Shown one piece after another: positions 31,355 to 47,254 of a DNA stretch of 64,000 bases. The DNA lies in NCBI GenBank assembly GCA_033442325.1, contig JAWQFM010000028.1:898333-962332 (forward strand). The letters run 5' to 3'. A model generated the notes under the pieces. That model saw only the letters and a program-made list of their open reading frames with translations, searched no databases and was not told the origin of the DNA. Source of the stretch: Salpingoeca rosetta. Taxonomy: Eukaryota; Protista; Choanoflagellata. The translations under genes and the position numbers were made by a program. Every line of letters begins with the position of its first letter. The first letter of the stretch is position 1.

Positions 31355-33229
31355 TTAACGCCAGGCACCACCACGGGGACGCTGCCCCTGCTGCTGTTGC
31401 TGCTGTGGCCGGCGCTGGGAGTCGCCATCACGCCAGCCGCCACCAAACCCACCGCTGTCACCGCCGCGGCGATCACGGTCATCAAAGCGGCCGCCACCAC
31501 GGCCATCACGATCGAAGCGGTTGCGGCCACCAAACCCACCACTGTCACCGCTGCGGCGATCACCATCATCACGCCAGCCGCCGCCACGACCACCAACCCT
31601 GTCGCTGTCACCGCTGCGGCGCTCACGATCATCATAACCGCTGCCACCACCGCGGCCACCAAACCTGTCGCCATCACCATCATCACGCCAGCCGCCGCCA
31701 CGGCCGCCAACCCTGTCGCTGTCACCGCTGCGGCGATCACGATCATCAAAACCGCTGCCACCACGGCGTTCGCTCTCAGCAGGCTGTCTGCGACTTGGTT
31801 CCCACCTGTCGCCGCCAAACCCACCGCGGGTGTCGTCGCTGCGGGAAGAGCGGTTGTCGCTCAGGGTGGCGGGGGCAGCGCCGCGCGGGGGGCGGTACAC
31901 GTTCTTCTCCTGGGCAGGAGCAGGCTGGGTCGGGGTGGTGGCACCCGTGGACGAGGAGGAGGTGGCGGGCGGAGTGGACGTGCTGCCCTTCTTGGTCTTC
32001 TTCTGGGCCTTCTTCTCCTCTTCCTCCTTCATGGCGTCGCCGAGCGAGGGGAATGCAATGGTCGACTCGAGAGCAACGTCCTCCACGCGTGGCAGCATTC
32101 CCCCGGGGGCGTTGACCATCCCGCGCTGGGAGGGCGGCACGTACTTGCTCGCCACAGGCGCTGGGCCGTGCGCCGCGCGCAGCTTGTCAAGCAGGTGCTT
32201 CTGCTCCCCTCTGGTGGTGTTTACGACGCGGTGGTGGTGGTGGTGGTGGGGGATGGTGGTATGGTTGGGAGGAGGAGGGGGTGTTTATGATGTGGTCGTG
32301 GTGGAGGATGCAGTTGTGGTGAGTTGAAAGCGAGGGCGCGCACACAGGCAACAAACCAAACAAAGATGCAGTGGAGCAAAGAGCACAAGAACAAGAAACA
32401 GAAGACCAAGAACAAGAACAATTTCATGTAGGCATCATCAGCTTACGTGATTGTGTATTCCTCTGTGGAGTTGACAGCTGTGAACTTGATCTCGGGGAAA
32501 GCGCTCTCAAACTGGTGCAGGAACGTGTTTGGCCGTGCGCCGAGGTGCTGGTACGCGCCCTGGTCACGGTACGCAACAATCGTCACAGCCCTGTTGGCAT
32601 CACATCACACCAACGACGAGATCGCGCGAATGGGAGGTGAGTTGATTGAAGTGGTTGAGTACGTGTGCATGAGAAGCATGAAAAAAAAAAAAAAAGCACG
32701 CGCATGTTTTCTGTGTCAATGTCTCTGTCTCTCTGTCTGTCTATGTGTGTTGCTGTGCATGGGTGGCTGGCGACTGACTTGAGCTGCGGCAGCTCCTTGA
32801 TGGTGAGACGGAGGAAGCGCTCGTGGAACTTGACGCGGTCCAGCACCAGCCGCTGCAGCGACTTGAACGGCATGATGTTCTGCAGCTTGATGGGCGCGCG
32901 CGGCTCCTCGGCGGCAATCCAGCCAATCACCACAAGCTCTTCAAGTGCAGGCAGCAGCGATGCAAGCTGCTCCACTTGCTCCTCCCGAAGAGGGATTGAG
33001 TCGAGCGTCAGCGACGTCACGCCGCTCACGGCCTCGCCTGTGGTGCAGCGGAGGAGGTGCGGTGGACAGCAGTGGTGAGGAAAGGGTGTGCGTGCAAAGG
33101 GAAGTTGGGGGGGGGGGGTCTCAGGAAAAAGAGTTGCGGTGTTCAAGCGAAATCGCACACAGCAGCAACGTGTGTGCAACAAAGCGCCACAACTTATCCA
33201 TATGCACACACACACACAAGAGCATGCAT

Positions 33230-33261
<32 letters not shown>

Positions 33262-33273
33262 GAGCATGCATGC

Positions 33274-33307
<34 letters not shown>

Positions 33308-34437
33308 GAGCACGCATGCACGCGTCCAGAACAAGTTGCAGCGTACCAAATGCCTTGAGCGTCTGCTCGTTGAGGGTCATGCGGTGGGAGGCGTTGAGGT
33401 AGTGTGCAAGGTCGTCGTTGAAGAAGCGTGTGCCGACGAGAGCAACCGCTTTCAAGCCGTGCTTCTTCATCACCTCAAACACGTTCTTCGGCTCCTTGGG
33501 CTCCTCCTTGGCCTCCTCCTTAGGCTCCTCGCCCTCCTCAGACGTGGCAGGGGCGCTCTGCTCCAAAAGCGTGTTGAGGTCGCCTTGGGTGATGGGAACA
33601 GGGACGGTGTTCCACTCGTCTGGCTTGCGATACGCGGCCAGAAACTGCCGGCACGCCTTGGAGGCCACCGACAGCTCACGCACGCGCTACGATGACAGCA
33701 AAGAAAACAACAGCGAGATTGGCCAAGAGCACGGTGGTGAGTGCGACCAAAGCAAGACACATGGCACAAGGGTGATCAATCCGCCAGAGTAACCGACAGC
33801 TTGCACCGCCATACTCCCCCACACACCCACACCCACACCCACACCCACACATGTCGACGTGCCAGCAACGCAAGCAGGGGACACGAAGAACAACGCAAGC
33901 AGGGGACAAACACATCAAGCAGACACAGGGGTGTGTGTTTGAGAGGTTGCATACCTGCATGTATTCTGTGAGATCGTCCAGAGGGGAGTCAACCAGCTTG
34001 GGCCCCTCGGGTTCCTTGGGCTCTTCCTCGGGCTGGGCTTCCTCTGCAACAGCAGGCTTGGCCTCCTCCTCGGGCTGCTCGGCGCCAAGCGGGCGGCTCT
34101 CAGGCACGACGACTTGCTCCGGCTTGCTGGCAGCCACCTTGCGGTAGTTGATGGAGGCAGAAGTGGGCTTCTTCTCGCCTGCAGCCTCTGCGGGTGGCTC
34201 GTCTTGCTGCTGCTGCTGCTGTTGCTGTTGCTGCTCCTGCTCCTGCTCGGTCTTGGTTGGCTCCGGGGTTGGCGTTGTTGTCGACTTGGAAGCCGACTTC
34301 TTCTTCTTGATGACGCGGACGGCGCCCGTGGGCTTTCCACGACCAGCGGCTGTGGAACGGCGCGCACCCGCGCGTCCTCGCCCGCCTCGTGCGGAGCTCG
34401 CTCTCAGCTGCGCAAGCGCAGCGTTTGGGGTCGACAT
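31355..34437 (-). CDS. Uncharacterised protein: basic/RGG N-terminus, LRR-like (RNI-like) core, CDV3-like YxPP/FPSL motifs, C-terminal R/D/G/W repeat tail
   Basis: Exons 34437-33954, ~33687-33347, ~33037-32779, 32590-32447, 32210-31355; the last two junctions were checked for phase. Core contains VTSLTLD, LPALEELVV, FKSLQRLVLD, LPQLKAVTI. Confidence 0.75.
31405..31790 (-). repeat. Coding imperfect tandem repeats (SGDSDRVGGRGGGWRDDGDRR / GFDDRDRR)
   Basis: Recurring units visible in both DNA (aaccctgtcgctgtcaccgctgcggcg) and protein. Confidence 0.85.
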
Positions 34438-34794
34438 GGTTGAAGCTATGAAGAAAGGGATGAAGGTGTGTGTGTCTCGCGTCTCGTGTGCGTGTCTCGT
34501 GTGTCTCGTGTGTGTCGTTGAATGTGAATTGTGGATCGTGCGACAAATGGCGGGTCCACGAAACACACGTGTGATCGACAATTATTTATATCATCCACAA
34601 TAATTCTACATGCAACTGAATCCAGTCGTTGTTGTGTTGTGTTGTGTGTGTGTGAGTGTGTGCGTGGGTGTGTGTTGTGTGTGTGTGTGTGTGCGTGTGT
34701 GTTGTGTTGTGTGTGTGTGTGTGTGAGTGTGCGTGTGTGTGAGTGTGTGTTGTGTTGTGTTGTGTTGTGTTCGAGGTAGCAGCTTGGTTGTTTG

Positions 34795-39583
<4,789 letters not shown>

Positions 39584-39655
39584 CTCCGCTGCTCGGTCAT
39601 CAGTCAGTTTTTGCGCGCACTGACAGTGATGATGACAAGCAGCACGAAGCTTAAG

Positions 39656-39752
<97 letters not shown>

Positions 39753-40679
39753 CTTCACCTTCTCACTCTGTGCCTTTGTGCATACACACATACACACACA
39801 TGCACATACACACACGCGCCCTGTCCCTCCCGGTCTCATTTGCAATGCCAATCGTTTCTGCGTTCTCCAACCAGGTCCAACGTGCGTGCGCTTGCGCGGA
39901 TGCTTCGGATCCTGAACAAGGCCACGACTCAGGCGCGCAGCCCCACACATGCCCACGAGTTGGGGCCTGGCGTAGCCATTGCTGCGCCCTGGCGCCAGCC
40001 GTGTGCCTCCCACATGCCACCAGGCACCCGTGTGCACCTCCATCGCCACCTGGAGACGGTGCGGATGGTGGCAACCGCCTTTCCACACGACGGCACCGCT
40101 TCGAATACCCCGACCACCCGAGCCACACCAGCAGCATCCTCGCCCCGCACCCGCTAGCGCCGGCACATGCGCGCTGCCATCACCACCAGCAGCGGGCAAC
40201 ACCAGCAACAGCATTCAAGACACCAAGATCATCACTGACAGACAAGAGGAGCCACCGTGAATGAGGTGTTGTTGATGATGATGATGATGCGAAGCATTGT
40301 CTTTGGTCAGCAGCAACATGAACGACGGCGCAATGAACCGGAACGCGAACAAGGTGTCAGCAACAGCAAAACAAGGCAGAGTCCTTGGTCACAAACGAGC
40401 ACGTCTCTTCATCTGATGTGCAACACAGAGATAACAAGCAAGCAAGCAAGCAAGCAACAGCGGCAGAAATTGCAAGAATGGGCACGCCGGCTGAATGGGC
40501 ACGCCGGCAGCGTGCAGCTGCGACAACTACAGCAACAGGTGCACCAGCGCACATGAACGGGTCAACAGAGCAAGCAATACGGGCAAGCAACAACAGATGA
40601 TCAAGCAACAACAAGTGGTCAAGCAACAACAAGTGATCAACAGCGACCACAGGAGCGGCAAGGGGAAGTGAGGTCCCGT

Positions 40680-41509
40680 CTAGGCGGCGCTGTTCCTGTT
40701 GGCGAGCTGTGCGCGGGAAATGCTGAGTTGCTCTTCAACAGCGGAGAAGTGTGGCCGCGCGTTTGGATTCTGCTCCATGCAGTCTGCACACAGCGCCTGG
40801 TACCACGCAGGCGTATCTGCAGACGGATGTGTTGTGTGTGTGTGTGTGTTGTGTTTGTGTGTTTGCGTGAGTGAGTGAGTGTGTGTGTGTGTGAGTGTGA
40901 GTGAGTGAGTGAGTGAGTGAGTGTGTGTGTGTGTGTGAGTGTGTGTGTGCGAGTGCGTGCGTGAATGTGCCTGTGATTGTATTGTGTGCTCGCACACGAC
41001 GCACATATGTGCAACATGATTGCGTGGTTCATGGCTCGATGAATAAACCGCCGCCCCATCACCACCGTCACACGTGCCAGCGTGCCACATGTCAGCAACC
41101 CCAACCTGTGTCATCGGGAAAGCGGAGCCGCTTTCCTTCCTCCAAGAGACTGATGAGTTTGGAGTTGAGGGGCCCACCGAACACGGGGCACTCCTGCTCA
41201 ATCAGGTCTGGCCGCCGCTGCGTCGCAATCTCCCACAGCAGCACGCCAAAGCTGAACACATCTGCCTTTGCGTCGTTTGCCGTGCCGGCCAGGGCCTCCG
41301 GGGCCATGTACGCGGGCGTGCCAACACCGCATGCCATGGACTCTGCCACCACGCTCGCAGAGTACTTTCGGTCGCGCTGCAGCAGTGTCTGCACGTCCAT
41401 GCCTTTCTGTTGCGACAGCTTCACCGTGCCAAAGTCTGTGATCTTGGCCCGTAGCCTGTCCGTCACCAGCACATTCGCGCTCTTCAAATCCCTACACGAG
41501 CCCGGGAAG

Positions 41510-41560
<51 letters not shown>

Positions 41561-44500
41561 CGTGGGCACGTATACGCATGTATCATGTATGTGCGTGAGC
41601 GCAATGCGACAAGATGAGACAAAAAGCTGTCGTAGCTCCACCCATACACAGACACGCACGCACACACACACCAACAGACACCCCAACACAGACACCCCAA
41701 CACACACACACACACACTCACCTGTGTACGTGGCCGAGGGAGTGAATGAACTTCATGCCATTGGCGACGTCTTGTGCGAGTTGCAGCTTCAGGCCCCACA
41801 CGGTGGTAGGTCGTGCCGTGGTGTTGCAAAACGCAGTCACGTGCACAAGATCATCCTCCTCTGCAACAGCAATACCCTCGCCGTGCGACCACACGCTGTT
41901 GGATCGATGCCGCGTGTTGCTACCACCACCACCATCACCAGCACCACCACCACCACTGTTTCGAGTAGCAGCAGCAGCATCAATCACCACGCGTGTCTCA
42001 CCGCCTCCAGCACGCTCGCCATCGCCATCCTCGCGGTTGACGAGCAACGGCACCGTGTCTGAGGTGTTGGGCACGCCTCTGCTGTTGCGCCGTGCACCGC
42101 CAAGCACCAGGCTGCCAAGGCGTCCAGCAACACTCCCACGCCGTTTCACGCTGCCCCCGCGACCACCACCACCACGACGGCCACTGCGTTCTCTCGCCGC
42201 CAGCAGTGCGGCCATATCAGCCTGCAGCAGGTCCTCCAGCGTGCCGCGCGACACAAACTCGAGCACGAGAAAGGGAGCGCCGGAGCCAGGCTTTGTGCCT
42301 GCTCCAAAGAAGCGTACGAGATTCGGGTGCCGCGTGCGCTGCAGGAAGTCCAACTCCTTCTCAAAGTCGGCAGCAAAGTCAGGCGCACCCATGTCACCGC
42401 CATCACCACCATTGCCACTGGTGTCCGTGCATAGCCCGTTGGATGACTTGAGGATCTTCACGGCAACGTCGATGTTGTCCCAGCGGGCCAGATACACGTC
42501 TCCAGTGGCCGTGCCCGCGCTGATGCGTTTCGTGATGTGCAGTTCCTCAAAGCCAATGTACCACGCGCGCTTCAGCTGCATCACCTCCTCGTCCTTTGCC
42601 TCCAGCAGCTGTTTCTGCAGGTCGCCGCGCTGCCGCAGCCGCCGCACGGGCTTGTAGTGGCACTCGTACAGCAGCACCAGGAGCCCGTTGGTGGCAACAA
42701 TGGCGAGCACAATGCCAACAATCGCCTCGGTCGTCAGTGCGGGGTTGGGCCGACACGTGCTGCCGGCCAGGTGGTGGCCTTGGGCGCAATCGCAAGCGAA
42801 ACTGTACACCAGTGCTGACTGCGCCAGGCTCTGTGCCTCGGTGTTGGTGCGGTTGGTGCTGCGGTGGCTGGTGCCTCCTGCTGGAATGAGCTCGTTCACA
42901 TTTGTCTCGTCCCACAGCGTGCTGCGGCCGGCGCGCAGCTCCAGGCTGAGCTGGCAGGAGACGGGCATGTTGTCGGTGATGAAGACGGTGATGACGTTTG
43001 CGTTGTCGGCGTTGATGCACGCGCCCTGGTCCCTGCCCACCTCCACACTCGGCAGCGCAGCGTTGAGGAGGCTCGGGTCTCGCAAGACCGTGTTGTTGGA
43101 GATGTCAAACACCTGCGTGTTGTGCACACAGCGCTCAAGCATGCTGTCCAGCCGTTGCCGCTGGCTGTCTTGTAGCAGCTCGGGCATGGACGCGAGCTCG
43201 CGCATGAAAAGCCGCGAGTGGCCAAGCGTGTCGCACAACTCCACCAGGTTGTTGAAGTTTGTGCCGCTGATGTCAAGCGTGAACACCTTGGGCACGTCAA
43301 TCGTGGTCAGCTTCTGGCACTGGGACACGTTGAGGATGTGGAGGTCTGACGCAATGTGGACGGTTGTCAGCTCTGGGTTGTGGATGATGTACACGTTCTC
43401 AAACACAACGTTGTTGCTGCTGCTGTCATTGCTGCTGCTGTCATTGCTGCTGCTCTTGCCCTCACCACCACCACCACCACCACCATCTTCACCACCACCA
43501 CCATCTTCACCACCATCACCATCTTCACCACCACCACCACCACCAGCGCTGTCATCGTTGTCGCTGTTGTTGCTGTTGGTGGTGCAAAGGTCAACCGTCT
43601 TGTGCCGGGTGCCAACCAGCTTGAGCTCGTTTACAACGCCGGTGCTGCTGCTGTCGAAGAGGTGGCACAGGGAGGGGATGGGCAGGGTCTTGTCGTTGAA
43701 CATGCTGTGGCCAATGTGCAGCTTCATCAGGTGGGCGTCCTTGACGTTGTTGAGCGTGTGCTTCTCAAAGTACATGTTCTCCAGTGTGAGGGCTGTCAGG
43801 TTTGGCGCGGACACCTGCTTGTCGATGACGAGGCGCGGGGTGTGCTTGGTGTCAGGGCTTGCGCTCAGCTCCAGCTCGCGAAGTGGCAGCAGGCGCACAT
43901 CGCTGCCGATGGACACCTCGAGAATCCGGTGGTTGGCCAGGGACAGCACCTCCAAGTTGGACGGCAGGTCTGCAAAGTTGACGGGGTCTGAGATCTTGTT
44001 GTTGGCGAGGCTGAGGGTCTTGAGCGATTGCACCAGGGCCTGTTTAGCAGAGGTGAGCTGGTTGTTTGCCAGGCTGAGGGTGGTCAGCTGCTGCATGCGT
44101 TTGAACGCGTCGGCCTCAATGTGTGCAATGGCGTTGTTGCTCAGAACCAGCAGCTCCGTGCGGGTGGCGCGGGACAGCGCCTCAGCAGACACTTTGGTGA
44201 GGCAATTGTTGGCCAGGTTGAGGTGCGCAAGGTTGCCCAGCGTGCTCAGGAACGCGTCGGGGAGCTGCGTGATTCCGTTGCCGCTCAGGTCAAGCGTGTG
44301 CAGGCTGTTGCTGGCTGGTTGCTCTGGAGCAAGCAGTAGCGCCTCGCTTTCGCTTGGGGCACCACCGCCATCCACCGCATCCAGGTTTCTGTTGTGGCTG
44401 TTGTGGTTGCTGTCATCTTCGGTGCTGTCTGCCTCCTCAAATTCCTTGAGCGAGAGCGCCTCATTCGAGTGGCGGCAGCCGCCCGCACCAGAGCGGCCTC

Positions 44501-46437
44501 TGGTTGCACCGTTGATGTTGTTGAGAAGAAGGATTTCCAGCGCGTGCATGGAGCGGACTGGCGCTGGGATGGCGCCGAGTGGGTTCCCGCCGAGGTTGAG
44601 CATGGTGAGCCCGGTGACCCCAAGCAGCGCGTTGGACACGCGCGTGAGCAAGTTGTCGGCCAGGTTGAGGGCGGTGAGGGCGGTGAGGTTGCGAAAGTGT
44701 GTGTTGGGAATGGCGCTGAGGCTGTTGCCGCTCAGGTCAAGCGAGGTGAGCTGCGTCAGGTTCTTGGGGAAGGGCTCCGTGATGTTGGTGATGCGGTTGG
44801 CGCTGAACGTGAACACCTTGAGGCTGACCAAGGGCTCCAGGATGGCTGGCGTCAGCTTGGTGATGCGGTTTCCTGCCAAGGAGAGGTACTGCAGGCGCGA
44901 AAGCCCCTTGAGCGTGACGTCCCCTTGTGCAACTTGCTCCAGCCGGTTGTCGGCGAGATCAAGGTGGGTGAGCGCCCCGAGTGGGGCCAGCATGGCGGTA
45001 TTCAGGCGAGGGAGCCGGTTGCCTGCGAGAACCAGCGTAGACAGGCGAGTGAGGCCGTTGAAGGTGGCGTTGTCCAGGGTCCTCAGGGCATTGGAGGTGA
45101 GATCGAGGCGCTCCAGAGCGGTCAGGCCATGTAGCACCGTGGAGGAGAGGCCGGTGAGGCCGCAGCGCACCAGCGTAATGGTGCGGAGGGTGCTATTAAA
45201 CTGGTGCTCTTCCGCGTGCTGATCTTCGTTTCGCCGCAGGAAGCGGAGGTTGGCGTTGGTGGCGTTCAACACCTCGAGGCTATGAAACTGGCGCAAACTG
45301 GCAAAGTGGAAGTCGCTCTTGAGCTCAAAGTCCCGCATCTCAATGCTTTTGACGGAGCGCCATGTGGTTGCATTGAACATGTGGTGGAGGACGTTTGCCT
45401 CCAAGGTCGGCAGCTCCAGGGTGTGTTCGATGCGCCTGCCCCTGATGATGAGATGGTTGAGAGAGCCGTTGATGTTCAAGGCCTCAAAGGCCTTGGTCAC
45501 GTCTGCGGTTGGCGGGCTATCCTCGGGCAGGACGATGGTGAGCGTGGTGACCTTGGGAGGTGTAGCACAAGCCTGATTCAAGACGTCCGTCAGCACGCAC
45601 TCCGCCACCTGGACGTCACGGGTGTCCTGGTCATTGGTCCTTGAGAGGGGCGACGCCGACTCGCGTCGAATGCGTTCGTGCTGGGGTTGGTCTTGGTGTG
45701 AGGGTAGGTAAGGTTGCCGCGGGTCTCCAACTGCGTCATCGGGTTCGCGGGCGGTGACGTTGCTTCGCTGAGTGTCGCCGTTTGCGTCAGCGTTGCTGCT
45801 GGTTTTGTGAGCGTCGGTTCGGGTAACGGCGGTTGCAGTGTCGCGCACGTGATCAGACCTGCTGCGGTGGTTGTCGTGGCCGTTATTGTGGTGGTGGTTG
45901 TGGTTATTATCAAGACGATCGTCGTGGCCCTTGCTGGCAGTTGAAACAAAGACGGCTTCTTCTCGCTGGTGATGTGACTGTGAGGGTTTCGCGGACAGCA
46001 GCCCTTCTCCTTCTTCGCCATCGTCACACAGGAGCGTGACCGCAATCTCCAAGGAATGGGTGGTGGCTGCAGTAGGGAGGTGCTTGCGCGCCGTCTCCAG
46101 CTCTCGCCACGCCTGCTGGCACAACTGTGCCTTCAGCGGACAGCCTGTCCACTGCATGGAAAGAGGGGTGTCCGGAGAAGGACCACTGCGCGAAGTGCGC
46201 AAGTGTTCTTGTTGTTTTGGTGACTGGTTTGAGTTTGTGCACTGGGAGATGAGGGCACGGGCGCTTGCCTTAGCTTTGGCGGAGCCCGCGGGTGCCACCC
46301 ATTGCTGCTGCTGCTGCTGATGTGGCAGTAGAGACGTTGTCACTGCATCCTGCGCAGCAGATACACCCAAGCAAAAAGAAAGCACAACAACAACGACAAC
46401 AGGACACGACAACCCATCTCCGGTGTTGTGGAGTTGC
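40680..46437 (-). CDS. LRR receptor-like kinase with a TKL-type (Ser/Thr) kinase domain
   Basis: Hydrophobic signal segment (VVVVVVLSFCLGVSA), many LxxLxLxxNxL repeats, juxtamembrane CDCAQGHHLAGSTC, TM AIVGIVLAIVATNGLLVLLY. Kinase motifs VAVK, HPNLVRFFG, HRDLKSAN (split by an intron), DFG, GTPAYMAPE, DVFSFG, RPHF. Exons ~46437-41722, 41491-41106, 40816-40680; probable extra start exon 46720-46668. Confidence 0.92.
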
Positions 46438-46573
46438 CTGCAGGCTCCCTGTGCTTTTTGTGCGCGTCGAAAATTAACTAAAGGTTTCCACCAATCGCCA
46501 TTTGACGGCAAACGTTTGCACGAGAGAAGGAAGGAAGATGGCGACGAAGACAGCAGAGGTCAGTGGCGTGGTG

Positions 46574-46638
<65 letters not shown>

Positions 46639-46849
46639 CTTGCGTTGGTTGCCCGAACCGGGATTACTTGAGATGCTTTTGTGCTTTCCCCGGACTTGGA
46701 CAACGATTGGACCCAGACATGGGGGGTGGCGGAGTAAACTGTAAGGAAAGAGGTGATCTCTATAAGGGAGCATCGTCAGGGTAGCCTGATATAATGTTTG
46801 CGCATGAGTGACAACGTGTCTTCTTTTTATTCTTTTTTATGTTTTATTT

Positions 46850-46949
46850 NNNNNNNNNNNNNNNNNNNNNNNNNNNNNNNNNNNNNNNNNNNNNNNNNNN
46901 NNNNNNNNNNNNNNNNNNNNNNNNNNNNNNNNNNNNNNNNNNNNNNNNN
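46850..46949. other. Assembly gap (100 N), probably hiding the SF3A1 5' exons
   Basis: N run; flanks are AT-rich and look low quality. Confidence 1.
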
Positions 46950-47160
46950 TCCCCCTTCTCCGAGCAGATTAGATAAAATAAAAAAAAAAAATAGTTTTTT
47001 CTTCATTGTGTTTACTTGTCTAGGGGTGCGCGTTATTGAAGTGTAGGAGGAGGTATAAGTTCACGCGGATGCGAATATAAATAAAGTACAAAATAACACT
47101 CACTTTTCTTGCGCACTTTTTAAGATGTTTGACACACGCTCACACACACACACACGCACA

Positions 47161-47251
<91 letters not shown>

Positions 47252-47254
<3 letters not shown>

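Noticed and set aside
40580-40640. Short direct repeats (aagcaacaacaagtgatc x3; also 35955-36050, 58945-59015) as a CRISPR-like array
   Set aside because: Head-to-tail minisatellites without unique spacers, no cas genes, eukaryotic context.
42688-45222. 844-aa plus-strand ORF (similarly 57542-58540, 23363-24361, 28403-29479, 31334-32290, 14249-15523)
   Set aside because: Antisense shadows of GC-rich coding exons, with no recognisable motifs.
46780-47125. AT-rich segment as foreign DNA or a transposon end
   Set aside because: It flanks an N gap, which is typical of low-quality read ends; no terminal repeats or ORF.
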